A stretch of 64,000 nt of DNA. Source: Paramoeba atlantica (taxonomy: Eukaryota; Protista; Discosea). This document shows, one piece after another, positions 43,278-55,368 of this stretch. The notes below the pieces were generated by a model. That model searched no databases. It was given only the letters and a program-made list of their open reading frames with translations, and was not told the origin of the DNA. Each line of letters starts with the position of its first letter. The stretch's first letter is position 1. Position numbers and translations under genes: made by a program. The stretch covers positions 124,001 through 188,000 of the forward strand of contig CDRNVI010000043.1 of the NCBI GenBank assembly GCA_977017575.1. The letters run 5' to 3'.

Positions 43278-45004
43278 TAAAAAAACCGCAAAAGGGGTAG
43301 CCGGAGTCTTGGCGCGTATTTTCCACCCGCCAACCCGGGGGTGACCCCCCCGCGTATCCGCAGGACAGGTCCGCCAAGTTCAGATTTTTTCGGAAAAAAC
43401 ATTTTGAAAAAAAATTCAACTTGGCGGAAAAAATGGTAAAAAAATATTTTTTCAATTTTTTTTCGCGATTGTATTTTGAGAGTTTGGGACCTATACTAGC
43501 CATCTACACCGTTGTTTTCGCCAGATACCCCATCTTCTAGCTGTGGCACGCCTCCCAAAATGGCCCATTTTTGACCAAAAAGTGCGGAAAAGTAATTTTC
43601 GGACCCAAAGGGGTCTTTTTATGTCAAAAGAATGGTCTGATATTTGCGTGTTTCTCACACGCAAATATCAGATTTAGCGCTCTGAGAGCAAAAATACCCA
43701 AAAATCACCCTAAAATCGGCTATTTTTGGCTATAATCTTTGTTTTACTTTAGCTGTCCAGGCCGAAGTTTCTTTTTTAGGCTCTTCGTTAAACGCGGTGG
43801 TAGTTTTGAACGCGAAGCGCGGAGCATGAGTGACTTCTAAGATCCTCTAAAAAATGATCCTCTAAAATGAGATGAAAATCACATGTTCTTATTTTTGTGC
43901 TTCGATTTTTTTTGTTCATACATTTTTTTCACTATTTAGCGCTTTTTTATTCATACTATTATTCTTCTCATGTCTTCCGATTCATCGTGGTCCGTGTCGT
44001 CGGCGTCGTTGGAGGTGTCGCTTGCTGGGGGCGGGGGTGGGGGCAGCCAACTGAGCTCTAACAAAGCTCTGGGCGAAGCAATGCTGCACTTTCTTTCAAA
44101 GAAAGAAAGGAAAGAAAAGGGTACGCATGACCCTTAAACACAGTGCTAGCAAAGCACATAAAAGCTCAGCTCAAATATACGAGCCATGGCAACAACATGT
44201 TGCTGAAGAAGGTGAATTTTACACCTGCCGAGAATGTGCTAACGCGAATATTCGGGTGGAATTGACAGCTCCCCTGATGAAGCGGCACGTAAACGAACAT
44301 GTAAAAGGGTTGCATACCATTTGTGAACCTTGTTCGTTCTTCCAAGAGCTCATGGGAAAACCCCCCGTTTTGAGCGCACAAAAGCACGACGAGCGTGTGA
44401 AATACAAGCGTGAAAAAGAGATTTTTATCGCGTGGAAAGGCCTTCAAATTGAAGGAAGCATTGTCAATGGCTTTACATGCACGAAATGTGCCACAACACA
44501 GAGCGATCAAAACCATGAACATCGTACTTTCAAGTATGATGACATGCGCAAACATGTTTTCGAACATGGTCGCGGGGATCATTCCCATTGCAAAGAGTGC
44601 TCCTTCTTCGAGGCGTTGCAAGGGAAACCCCCCATAAGACGTACTCGAGAGCATCTCTCGAGTGCGAATCACAAAACCGAGAAGGAGATGTACGACATGT
44701 GGATGGACCTTGAGGTGCAAGGTACCATGTCTGCAGGCTTTCGGTGCACGAAATGTGCAGAATCACGGGGTAAAGTAAACCCTTCGTCCTACACGTTTAT
44801 ATATACAAAAATCACCCCATTTTTACCTAAAAATCGGCAATTTTTGACTCTAATCCTTCCGTTTTCTTCCGCGTCCCTGGCCAATTTTCCTGTTTTAGGC
44901 TCTTCGTTAAACGCGGTGGTTGTTTTCAACTTAGAAGTCACTCATGCTGCGCACTTCGCGTTGAAAACTACCACCGCGTTTAACAAAGAGCCTAAAACAG
45001 GAAA
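43278..45004 (+). mobile_element. Internal-deletion derivative of the Helitron2-like element
   Basis: 43.3-44.8 kb matches 28.18-30.56 kb but with one 267-bp unit, then joins at ~44800 (TAT microhomology) to sequence matching 39776-39972, including the full palindrome. Confidence 0.85.
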
Positions 45005-45111
45005 TATACTGCGACTCCCCCCTTTAATAGAGACCCCCGCTCAGACCGGTGGAAGTATAGGAATATTGCATAAGTATAGGAATATTGCATAAGTAAAGGA
45101 ATATTGGGTGG

Positions 45112-45648
45112 AAGTCAAGGACTTTTGCATAAGTCAAGGACTTTTGTGGAACACCAAAGATTTTTTTTTGATTTTCATTTTCCGTGCGTTCAGTATCCTA
45201 CACTTCACTACATACGTTGACAACGCGTGCGTAGCGAAAACTACGAAATTCGGTGAGCTTCGCAAATTGCTTCCCACTAACGACGCACAGGGGAATCCTA
45301 CGCGGGGTACGGCTCAGGCCCGCTCACGCGGGGGCCCCCGCGCGGCCAAAATGGGTACTAAAATTTGTTATCAAGGTAGTTGGGCTTCGCAAATTGCTTC
45401 CCACGAATGGGTACTAAAATTTGTTATCAAGGTAGTTGGGCTTCGCAAATTGCTTCGCACGAATCTAGAGAGAAGCACACGTACAATAATTGCACGATTT
45501 TATAGTATAATGACAGATCTGTATGATGGTGCTATACATGAGTCGCAATGGACCAACTCATATAAAGGGGGTCCCTGCTAAAAATTGACTTCTGCAAAAG
45601 TCCTTGACTTATGCAAAAGTCCTCGACTTATGCAAAAGTCCTTTACTT
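45112..45648. repeat. Second foldback-like element with inverted 19-bp modules
   Basis: Forward modules at 45112-45147 and inverted at 45593-45648. Internal blocks match 39973-40050 and 40601-40708. Confidence 0.6.
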
Positions 45649-45858
45649 TGACCGGAATATTGCATAAGTATAGAAATATTGCATAAGTATAGGAATATTG
45701 CATAGCCGTCTAATCTTGTCACAAAATAATGTGAATTGGTTTAGTATAGGTTTAGTTTTTGGGTATCACACTTTCACGTGACTCAGTGGCCCGGCCGGCC
45801 CCTCCGTGCGTTCGGCCTCTCATATTCCCCAAAACAACTACCACCTTCCCCTAAGGTA

Positions 45859-46578
45859 AAAATGGGGTGATTTTGGCGTATTTTTGCTGTCAGAGCACTA
45901 AATCCGACATTTGCGCATGGGAAATCACTCGTAGGCATGAATGAAAGCCTACCGAACGTATTGGGTACAGAATGCGACTCCAACCGTACCATTCTTTCGA
46001 CCCAAAAATGCCCCTTTAGGTCAGAAAAATACTTTTTCACCTTTTTTAGTCAAAATTGGGTCATTTTGAGGGGCGCACCACGGTTAGAAGAAGGGATACC
46101 TTGCGAAAACAACTGCGGAGAAAGCTAGTGTAGGTGCCAAACTATCAAAATACAATAGGGGAAACGATTTTGGAAAAATATTTTTTTTGCCATTTTTTTC
46201 GCCAAGTTGAAATTTTTTTCAATTTATTTTTTCCGAAAAATTCCGAACTAGGCAGACCCGTCCTGCGGATACGCGGGGGGGTCACCCCCGGGTAGGGGGG
46301 TGGAAAATGCGCGCCAAGACCCCGGCTACCCTTTCTGCGGTTTTTTTTCGAAAACTAATTTTTTCGAAAAAATTTGCTCGACCATGCCCCCCCGCCCTGG
46401 ACCCCCCCCATGGCCCCCCCATTTTTTTCAATTTTTTTTTCAGTTTTGGACCACCGGAGCCCCCTTTTATATTTTTTTCTTCTATTATATTACTGTGTTC
46501 CTCTTTATATTTTCACTGTTTTTGTTCACTTTTTTTTCAATAATCGAGTGTAGAGCGGTAGTTTTACAACCACCGCAA
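45859..46578 (-). mobile_element. Mini Helitron2-like unit lacking the palindrome end
   Basis: Matches the array unit; terminal hairpin at 46555-46576; C-tract much shortened. Confidence 0.8.
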
Positions 46579-48102
46579 TATTTCTATACTTTGACCGCTC
46601 AGACCCCCCCTTTAATAGAGACAAAATTGGGGAAAGATTTTTTTGGAGGGAGCTTTTTTGGAGGGGGGCGAAAGTGGATAAGAAAATTTGGATTGTGCCT
46701 TGAAAAGGGAAGAAAAATTAGAATTCACTGAACATTCAATTTGTCGCCTCGTTAAATGCGGTGGTTGTTTTCAAAATAGACTGCCGGGGAGGGAGCGGAG
46801 TTGAGGACGGCGCCTATTTCGTCCGACTGACAATTATGTAGGGAGGTGAATTCACTATCTTTTCCCAGAACTGACAAATAAATAGGGGGTGGGCGGTGAC
46901 AAATAGATGTAGGGGGGTGACGATAGATGTATCATAGTTGTTATATAGATGAACCCCTCCTACCCTGTTAATTATTGACTTCCTTTTATAGGAGGATAAG
47001 TCAGATGTGTGCCCTCTATGGTTGAGATTACTCCTGTGTTGGCAGGAACTAGGGGGTCATATCTCTTCGGAGACAAACAGCCCTGTGCACTACTACTACT
47101 ACTACTACTATATAGATGAGGGGCTGCGGGTATGGTCTCGTGTGATCTCGCATGAACTCGCGTAATCTCGTTGTGGGCCTAACCCGCAGTCCCTCTCGAA
47201 CAGGAGGGTCTCGAACATCCGTTGTTTCTTAATAGCCAGAGCGTCATGTAACCCCTGAAACCGCACTCTCGATGGTCAAGTGACCGCTCCAAGGGAAAAG
47301 AGCAAGTATGCACCCATTTTACCAAAAATAAAGAACCATTCTTCTTTCCTTCAAAATGAGGAAAAACGGATAAAAAGACTCAAAATTCTACGGGGGGGGG
47401 AAGATATCTTGAAACCACCGTACTTTTGTTCCTCACCACGTTTTCGCATTAACACAACTGTTGACATAACTTTCTTGCCCCCTGTAAGCAAAGGCTTCTG
47501 AAACTGAGGCGCCGCGAAGCGACGCCGATTTTTTTTCGTGTTTCGAATTTTCATTTCACCCCCCCCTGCTTTAATAGATACAAATTTAATAGATACCAAT
47601 GATGAAATTGCCACCCTTTAATAGATTGCCCCCATTTATGAAATTGCCCCCCTTTAATAGATACAAATGACGAAATTGTGTCTACATTAAAGGGGGGGTC
47701 ACAGTACCATTACGTGTGGTCCATAGGAGGAGCCCGCGTGGGGCACTGTCAGAGAGGCCCAAATGTAGTCGGCCGCATCAAGGTCCGCATCAAAGCCCCC
47801 GTTTGCGAGCAAGGCCTAATTGTGAGCGTAGCCCTGGGACAGAATTATAATTTTTGGCGATCCGTGCGCTTCCTCGCATGGGACTCGCGCCGACGACTTC
47901 GCATGGGAAGCTGTAAGGATCTTCGAAACTACGGAATTGTAGGGCTGTGGATGAAAATGAAATTTTCGAAAATCTCTTATAGAATGCTCACACTTTTCCA
48001 GACTAATGGAGCCATATTTTCTATAAAAAATGCCATTTTTTCGATTTCGAACGTTTTTTGAAAAGTTGAAATTACCGAAAAAACCTACGGCACTATTCTT
48101 TC

Positions 48103-49284
48103 TTAAAGGTTTGTGTAAGTATTACGCTGCTGAGTTCTTTGCAGGAGTGATAGTATTTGTGAAAATTCTATATTACGCCTCGAGCTCAATACATTCTGGT
48201 CCAGCAGCTCTTGTATTGTCGCCTCAATACAAAGTACATCTTTTTCCAATGAAAGCATGCTGGACCATTCTCGGAAATTTTGCATAGCACTTATCATCAA
48301 ACGGCATATTAGGCAAAGAACAAGACCCAAATTTTCATTTTCTCTAATTTCCGTGCTCCATATACGCTGAGACACCAGAGAACCGCTTTGCGCTAAAGCA
48401 AAGAGAAGATCACAAATAAGCGGTGTTGTGCGCTCCTGTATAGGATCCAAAATCCTTTCGAGAGCTAGTTCGCAAGACAAAATTTTTCTAATCGCACAAT
48501 AAATCTCGCGTATACAGTAATGAGCCTCGATAGAAGGCAATTCTCTGCACCAATGAGGAAGATTAGTAACGACGGTAACAAGTAGCACAATATCATGAGT
48601 CTCCCCACTTTGTAGGCAAAGCTGCGTGGCAAGATGTAATGAGCTTACGAAATGTACGACTTCCATTCTTCTTGGTGCATACCACAGTGTGAAAAAATGA
48701 CGGATTTTCCGAAATATCTCTTTCCCAGGAAAATAATTAAGAATTTCAGCCGAATATGACAATTCGGAATGTATTTTCGTGCATCCTCCAAGCAAATGCT
48801 CGGCAATATTATTTAATGGAAGACCCACGTCAACGGTTCCGTATATAATAGCGACAGCTGGATAACGAATTATAACTCCAGTTTTTCCTTCATCGTAGTG
48901 AAATATATGCCTACATCGTTCATTTGTAGGAATATGAAGAGTGTTATGCCCTTGTTTTTCAATCTCTTTCCATGACTTAATACGTAACCGCAAAACGTTT
49001 TCGTGCTCGGCCCGTAAGATGTAGTTCAAGAGCATTCTGGATGATAACGAGCGTAGCCCCGACTTGAACAAAGCTCGATAAAGTACATCCAAATCTGTTT
49101 TGGCGTTCGAGAACCAAAATTGCATGAGATCTATTTCTTCTTGGGGTGCACTTGTTGCTTGTAGTTGAGGCAAAGCAACGTTGACGAGGTAACCCAAAAT
49201 CTGCGATCCGTATTCGTCGAATGGGATCGTAGAGTCACATGTTTCCCTTTTCACTGAGAGAATATCGCACTCCGACATCTGCAT
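48103..49284 (-). CDS. Hypothetical protein, 393 aa
   Basis: Long ATG ORF co-oriented with the cluster; no motif recognised. Confidence 0.65.
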   Translation of the reverse strand: MQMSECDILSVKRETCDSTIPFDEYGSQILGYLVNVALPQLQATSAPQEEIDLMQFWFSNAKTDLDVLYRALFKSGLRSLSSRMLLNYILRAEHENVLRLRIKSWKEIEKQGHNTLHIPTNERCRHIFHYDEGKTGVIIRYPAVAIIYGTVDVGLPLNNIAEHLLGGCTKIHSELSYSAEILNYFPGKEIFRKIRHFFTLWYAPRRMEVVHFVSSLHLATQLCLQSGETHDIVLLVTVVTNLPHWCRELPSIEAHYCIREIYCAIRKILSCELALERILDPIQERTTPLICDLLFALAQSGSLVSQRIWSTEIRENENLGLVLCLICRLMISAMQNFREWSSMLSLEKDVLCIEATIQELLDQNVLSSRRNIEFSQILSLLQRTQQRNTYTNL

Positions 49285-49593
49285 AGTTTCTCATTCAGGA
49301 TACTAATGCACCTGATACAAAGATTAGTGTCCAGTGTATACAGAACAGTCTAAACAGAGTAATTCTTTTTGATTTGATGAACACGTTTTTGAATAACGTT
49401 ATTGAAATATGTAGACACCCATTAAAACCATACTATAAATTTGCAAAATGGGTTGCTTCCCATTGTGCAGCTCTAGTAGTACACAAACGATTGTACATTG
49501 CTAAGTGATGTAGTACTCATCATCACTCTCGGTGAAACCCACTTTTTTGGATGCAAGAATCGGTCCATACGTGCTTTGATGTGTGCTTACTGA

Positions 49594-51156
49594 CTACACT
49601 TTACGTTCTCGTTTCCCTAATATTTTTTTTTGCTCGTCGACGAGGTGCTTGACAATTTTTGCTACATGAAGAGAGCTTGGTGCGCTGCGGCACTCAGATG
49701 AGGTATCACCCAGTTCGATTGGTAAGAGCAATGGGGATGTTTTTAACACAGAGTACATGGGAGACATTGTTTCACGTAGCGGTGAATGTGCTTGATAACG
49801 CATACAGTCTTCTGTTTTGTTATCTAGATGGCCTTCCCCATTACCATTATTGCTCGCCGTCATATCGCGTGCGAATGCGTCGACTTCCTCCAGAATTTTT
49901 GTGTCAAATCTGACTGGGCTGTGCTCCGCCAATTCGCTAGCGTTCATATCTTGTTGAGGTACGCTGTCCATTGACGCATAGCTCTTTTGATTCGTGTTGC
50001 ACAAGGCAAGAACACTAGCAAATGAGTCTCTTTCGTATGATTCCTTTACCTTAATATTTTTTTCATGAATATTTGGAAAGCGGACAAACTCAAAAGGAAC
50101 AACACCACCCTTTGACCCTCTTGACAAAGATAAACCGCCAGGAAGAAGAGTAGAGCCCTGTTCAAGAGACCGTAATTGTACAATCATTGTGTCTTCACTA
50201 TCCCCTTCGTATTCGATTCCGCGAGGATATCTCCGACTTCGGCGACGAATAGATTCTACAACATCATGAAATGACCATTTCTTGGCGTGCATTACACGGA
50301 TGCAGCTTGTTGGGCCTTCCTTGCTGTGAGATTCACATGAGTACGGGGCAGAAGAGCATGTGCATGAACTTGAGTTATGATCTCTTTCCGTGTTATTTCT
50401 CTTAGGCGTATGTCGATCTTGCGTACTATCATCTTGCGTACTATCATATGAGTTCGGTTGCTGTCCCGGATACGTGACCCCACGATCCAGTTCTTTTCCC
50501 ATACTGGACGCAACCCTTCGAAATGAACGATGCACATTGTCTTGTTCGCATTGATCTAGTATCTGGAGTAAATATCTAGAGTTGTGTTCTGATTCCAGAA
50601 GTTCGGATTGTGAATTTACTTTCCTATCGCAAGATAAATCACGGAGATTTCCCAATTCCTGCGATGACTTACGCCGACCTCCCTCATCGTTGCTGTTGGG
50701 CTTGTATCGGTGACATAGAATATCACGCTGTTGTGAAGGTCTTACAGCATCATAACGCGAGACTTTTGCAAGCTTCCTTACATCTTTACTATGCCTATCC
50801 TTTTCATGCCGATCTTTTTCACATCGCTCCTTTTCGTATCGATCCTTTTCATATCGATTATTAGCGCGTCCATCACAAGCATGTCGATCGTTGGAATGCC
50901 GACCGTTCCTACATCCATCGTCTCTATATTGATCCGTACTATCCCTGTACCTCGTATAACTTCTTGGTTTTTCAGGCGAGTAATACGCACGCCCCGTCAG
51001 AGAATTGTGTGTAGGACTTCTGGAACGTAGTGCCAGGTCACGTTTGTTAATATCTGCATGTAAATCTGTATTTCTGTAATCCTTTTCTTGATTTGATCTC
51101 CTGCAAGATGAGGAAATTACGTTTGCCCTATTCGTAAATTGAGTACACCCAGACAT
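49594..51156 (-). CDS. Hypothetical low-complexity (R/D/S-rich) protein, 520 aa
   Basis: Long ORF; (E/S)KDR(Y/H) pentapeptide repeats; basic C-terminus. Confidence 0.65.
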   Translation of the reverse strand: MSGCTQFTNRANVISSSCRRSNQEKDYRNTDLHADINKRDLALRSRSPTHNSLTGRAYYSPEKPRSYTRYRDSTDQYRDDGCRNGRHSNDRHACDGRANNRYEKDRYEKERCEKDRHEKDRHSKDVRKLAKVSRYDAVRPSQQRDILCHRYKPNSNDEGGRRKSSQELGNLRDLSCDRKVNSQSELLESEHNSRYLLQILDQCEQDNVHRSFRRVASSMGKELDRGVTYPGQQPNSYDSTQDDSTQDRHTPKRNNTERDHNSSSCTCSSAPYSCESHSKEGPTSCIRVMHAKKWSFHDVVESIRRRSRRYPRGIEYEGDSEDTMIVQLRSLEQGSTLLPGGLSLSRGSKGGVVPFEFVRFPNIHEKNIKVKESYERDSFASVLALCNTNQKSYASMDSVPQQDMNASELAEHSPVRFDTKILEEVDAFARDMTASNNGNGEGHLDNKTEDCMRYQAHSPLRETMSPMYSVLKTSPLLLPIELGDTSSECRSAPSSLHVAKIVKHLVDEQKKILGKRERKV

Positions 51157-52371
51157 TGGCCCGAGATTGACGCAAAATGCCTCTTCGCAGGAAAAAAGCG
51201 TATAAACAATGTGCTAAAAACTTAACTATCCAACCTTTAGTGTTACAAATCTCAATGCTCATAAGTTGAAGTAATCCTTTCAAAAATCTTCAGAAAACCC
51301 TAACATTTGATATAGAGAATATGATCGCATGCGTAAAACTGCTTCAAGCTAAGAAGAGAGAAAAAAGTCGACAAGGAGATTCATTTTCCAGCAGCGGGTT
51401 CGAACGTGTGGCTTGATTAAGCTTGTAACATTGCAGTAATCTAACAGTAGCCTGTAACATTATAGGAAGCAAGAGGTGTCGTTCCTGACTAAATGGGTGT
51501 ACTGGCTTATAGAGTATTCAAGTTCAGTGTTTTAAATGGCGCAGAGCCTTCCTTACCTGTAGTTTATAGCTACCTTTGTTTTATAAAGATGAGACCTCCA
51601 GATCGTATGGATATACTGACATTGTTCAGGCTGATCACTCAAGTAAATCTTTCGAGAAATGATTTTTGAGTAAGAAAACAAGGAACTGCGAGTAAATTGC
51701 CATGGTAAGGTCCCACTGTCGAAGCAGAATACACATACAAGAATAAAAAAATTAAGGATAGAATACTTACATTTCGTACTATATAGAACTAGTGGCAGCA
51801 CGTACAGATACATGATATTCGTGACTAAGAAATTTGAGTCCCAACGTACTCAAAAGTCCACAGTACTCAATAGTATCAGTAAGAAAGACGAATCTACAAG
51901 CTAGATCTACAAATGTACTCAAAAATTAAGCCACTGTAATAAATTTACTATTGACCTAGGCGCCAAGTGCGAGGTCAAAACGACATCCATGTAAATTACT
52001 TACGTGTTTTTACAAAGGTATGGATCATCCGCGTACATTCTATTACGTATGCACTCACACGTACTAAACAGTCAGTATTGAAACATACCGTATGAATGAC
52101 GTGACACCGCATTCACCATCTCTGTATCAACTAAGTTTATGATTAGTAATTGTTCTAGTCTGTATTTTTTTTACATAGGAATGCTAAATACTTTCAAAAA
52201 TGCGGAATATTTAACTTGAAAAAAACTCATGGTACTATTGTACCACTGTATACACTGTAATACTTTACATGTACCACTTACTTCCAATGCACCATATCAC
52301 AGATTCATATCTGTTTTTCTTCAATAAATAATGCATATTCACTATGTACGTATGATATAGAAAACATTTCT

Positions 52372-54453
52372 CTACTTCAGACGTTCTGGTGTGTCGAATA
52401 AGGATCTAGCGGAGAATCTATTACCTTGAGAGCCCTTTTCAAGGAATTTTGTCATAAAACGAAGTGGATTCATTGAGGCAACCATTTCGTGTATTCTCGC
52501 ATCCAACGACGATAGTTCGGCCTGAACCTTCTTTTGGACTAGACCGACGGCTTCCTCTTGATGAGATTTGACTTCACTCAACCCTTGTTGTAGCTCGAGC
52601 TCCATTGCGGTCATATGTTCTGCGAGTACATTGTTCTGTGCTGCGATACCTGTAATATCAGCGCTTAATTTGTCCACAAGTGATGACATGCTTGCCTTTA
52701 GTGCCGATTGCTCACGCCGCAATTCATTCATTTCTGTTTTAAGCAGCTGTGAGTATTCTGTGTAATGTTTATCACACCGTCCTTGAAGCTGCTGCACCTC
52801 AGTGTCGAACCGTCGCATTGCTTCCGATAAAATTTCTTGCCCCTCTTTGTGCCTCACGCTCACTTTTTGAGTTACAATTTCCTTTAACTGCGACAACAGT
52901 GGATCAATTTCAGTGCTATATATGTTGCCTACAAAAGGTTTCCCAAGTTTAGGAGATTCTCGACGTGCTTGCGTCGAAATTGATCTCGGTAAAGGGCGAG
53001 GAGCTGAGCTTGTAAAAGCTAGCGCGGAACTTGCAAACGCTCCCGTAGAACTAGGCATATCAGTATGTATTGCATTTGTAGGCAGATTGGTGTGTTCCAC
53101 TTTTTGATTAGGATAGGGTGCAGTTGTACTTTTGAGAAAATTGGCATGGGATGGGAGGGTGATATTATTTTGATCGTTTTCGTCTCTTTTTCTTTTCAGA
53201 GACTGCTCTGCATCTGTGAAATATTGAGTGGAATCCATGTCCGTAATATCATTACGTGCTTCTTGCGAAATAGCTTTGGATTTTTGTAATGCCTTGGATC
53301 TCGCTATTTCCTTCGAAATCCACTGTTGTACATTACTCTCCCGCATTTTCCGATATTCTGAATCCGATATGGCAAGTGAAACGCTAGGAAAATCTGTGGA
53401 ATTCGAAGTAAACAGAATTTGTGATGGTAGCGTTGCGTCGTCACTTTTCAACTCGTAGTACGGTCTCATGGAAAATGGCAATTCTGCAAAACGGATAACA
53501 AGTTCTTTGTGGCGATTCAACTTTATCGCTTGAATGTGATCATACGGAACGGCTAGGTCAGCTTCTTGCCAATCCAACACCATAATGGTTTTCCCGAAAA
53601 AAGTAGTAATCTGGCTACCGTCACTGTGCTTATGAACCTTCGTTGTCGGCCCCGTAGAAGTTTTTCCTAATCCTGGCAGTGGCGAAAATGAGATGCTTTT
53701 TGATTCAATGGAGCAAACATGAGAATTCGGAGACGTCTGAGCTATCTCTAACATACTTCTTAACATACGCGCATCACCAGGTAACCGTTCCATGGAGTCG
53801 ACAAATGGAGCACCAAGAACATCCGCTAATGACCGTAAGATTGCAGGATTGGATAGACCCAAGCAGTAAATAATTTCCATACACTGTAACTGAACATATA
53901 TATCGCTTGTCTGACGAGTGTAAGACGCAATAATCCTGATGTCCCCAACAAACTTATGCGTTTCTGTTTCCTTGACAATGTTGGTTAGCAATGTACAACA
54001 GGCGCGAATAGTATCGTACGGAAGAGCAAAATGCAAAGTTGAGGAATCGGCTTCATCTATTCGTGCTTTACCAAGATACTCGAAAACTAAACGTCCCCAT
54101 TTTTGCGCAAAACTAATTTTCAGTGGAGGATAGTCACATAGTGAGTCCAGTATGCTAAAGAGCTGAATTACTATTGCGTGCAGATGAACAGGGCTCGTAT
54201 GAGCTGGGATGCTCGGCGTGACGAACAATTCTGTAGATACGATGTCTAACAGGTTGCTTAAATCATCAATGTATTGCTCTTTGCTACCATGCTCTTCTGC
54301 CTTTTCCAACGCCTTAGAACTGCATAGAAAGTCCTGCAACTGGATTATAGTTCCGTATAGCTTGCTAATCGGCAATTCGTGAAATATCGAGACACCGGTT
54401 TTTATTACGTATTGCAAGGGATCCTGCAGAGAATTTTCACCCACAGACTTCAT
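52372..54453 (-). CDS. 693-aa protein: helical (ARM-like) N-terminus, PH-like middle, coiled-coil C-terminus; possible SYCP2/KKT17-18-like
   Basis: DIYVQLQCMEIIYCL resembles the SYCP2 ARM-like end motif by eye; beta-rich segment follows; heptad C-terminus. Product call is tentative; the ORF itself is solid. Confidence 0.45.
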   Translation of the reverse strand: MKSVGENSLQDPLQYVIKTGVSIFHELPISKLYGTIIQLQDFLCSSKALEKAEEHGSKEQYIDDLSNLLDIVSTELFVTPSIPAHTSPVHLHAIVIQLFSILDSLCDYPPLKISFAQKWGRLVFEYLGKARIDEADSSTLHFALPYDTIRACCTLLTNIVKETETHKFVGDIRIIASYTRQTSDIYVQLQCMEIIYCLGLSNPAILRSLADVLGAPFVDSMERLPGDARMLRSMLEIAQTSPNSHVCSIESKSISFSPLPGLGKTSTGPTTKVHKHSDGSQITTFFGKTIMVLDWQEADLAVPYDHIQAIKLNRHKELVIRFAELPFSMRPYYELKSDDATLPSQILFTSNSTDFPSVSLAISDSEYRKMRESNVQQWISKEIARSKALQKSKAISQEARNDITDMDSTQYFTDAEQSLKRKRDENDQNNITLPSHANFLKSTTAPYPNQKVEHTNLPTNAIHTDMPSSTGAFASSALAFTSSAPRPLPRSISTQARRESPKLGKPFVGNIYSTEIDPLLSQLKEIVTQKVSVRHKEGQEILSEAMRRFDTEVQQLQGRCDKHYTEYSQLLKTEMNELRREQSALKASMSSLVDKLSADITGIAAQNNVLAEHMTAMELELQQGLSEVKSHQEEAVGLVQKKVQAELSSLDARIHEMVASMNPLRFMTKFLEKGSQGNRFSARSLFDTPERLK

Positions 54454-54599
54454 AACGGTTTCGAATAAGGATACTAAGAAAATTGTCAGTTCTAATTTTA
54501 TAGCTGATACTATAAGACTATCGTTTTTCTTTTTTGTTCTACAATAAAAAAATGCTTCTGGACTGGCGTTTCACATTGTCTCCCTTACTTGAGTTTGTA

Positions 54600-54750
54600 T
54601 ACTGCCCCCTACTTAAGAGTCCGAGGGGTACCCCGCACGGAAATCCTTTTTTCTTATGAGCCCAGTTTTTTGTACCACGGAGATTAATTTTCATGGTCTC
54701 CTAAGTCCAAACGTCCGAAGTCGGCGGACGCTTAATTAGGGAGGGGCCGT
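54600..54750. ncRNA. Candidate structured RNA or cis element (GC-rich hairpin island)
   Basis: CCCCT/AGGGG, GGAGA/TCTCC and CGTCCG/CGGACG stems within an AT-rich spacer. Confidence 0.25.
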
Positions 54751-55102
54751 ACTTGTTATGACTACACAGCGCTATTTTCCGAAAAAATATTTCCCAAAGA
54801 ATCTTTTTTCAAAAGCCTTCTCAATAATTCAGACGAATGCATTTCCAATGCTACAGTGAGTGCCGTTATAACCACGTACTGGTTGTAGCAACTGCAGAAC
54901 TGATTTTTTTTGCATTTGTATTTACATTTATAATACAATGTATGATTACCGTAGACTACAGTACACATAAAATTAAATACAATACACCGTAATTAAATAC
55001 AGACTACCGTAAAAAAATCAATTTTACAACGGTTAACAAAATTGGTGCTTAGATATACCTCGTGTGTTCTATTTTCCAAGCGCGGATTCCTAAATGATAT
55101 CC

Positions 55103-55175
55103 CACTTTGAATACTCGCTTTTTATCAACCAAAAAAATTGGTAAATAAAAGTCATGATGAGTTTGAGTCAAAGTG
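55103..55175 (-). promoter_or_regulatory. Candidate type I SECIS element of the SPS gene
   Basis: Minus strand: helix I CACUUUGA/UCAAAGUG, AUGAC, ~11-bp helix II, apical loop starting AA, 3' CGAG; ~200 nt after the stop. Folded by eye; the internal loop is asymmetric. Confidence 0.55.
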
Positions 55176-55368
55176 TTCACAGAAAAACACTCATAGGTGC
55201 TTGTATGCATACTAAATATGTATACTTGTGTCCGCACTGACTTGTACCTCTATATAAGAGTTATTTCGATGAATTCATTATCTTTCGTGTTACTTGTAAA
55301 CCGGAATGTGAAGAAGAAAAATGAACCGGAGCTTAAAATTTAACAGAATGGCATAGCCCTTCTTTCCC

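Noticed and set aside
55176-55290. Other ATGA-containing hairpins as SECIS
   Set aside because: Lack the paired GA quartet with an 11-12-bp helix II; the 55103-55175 candidate fits better.
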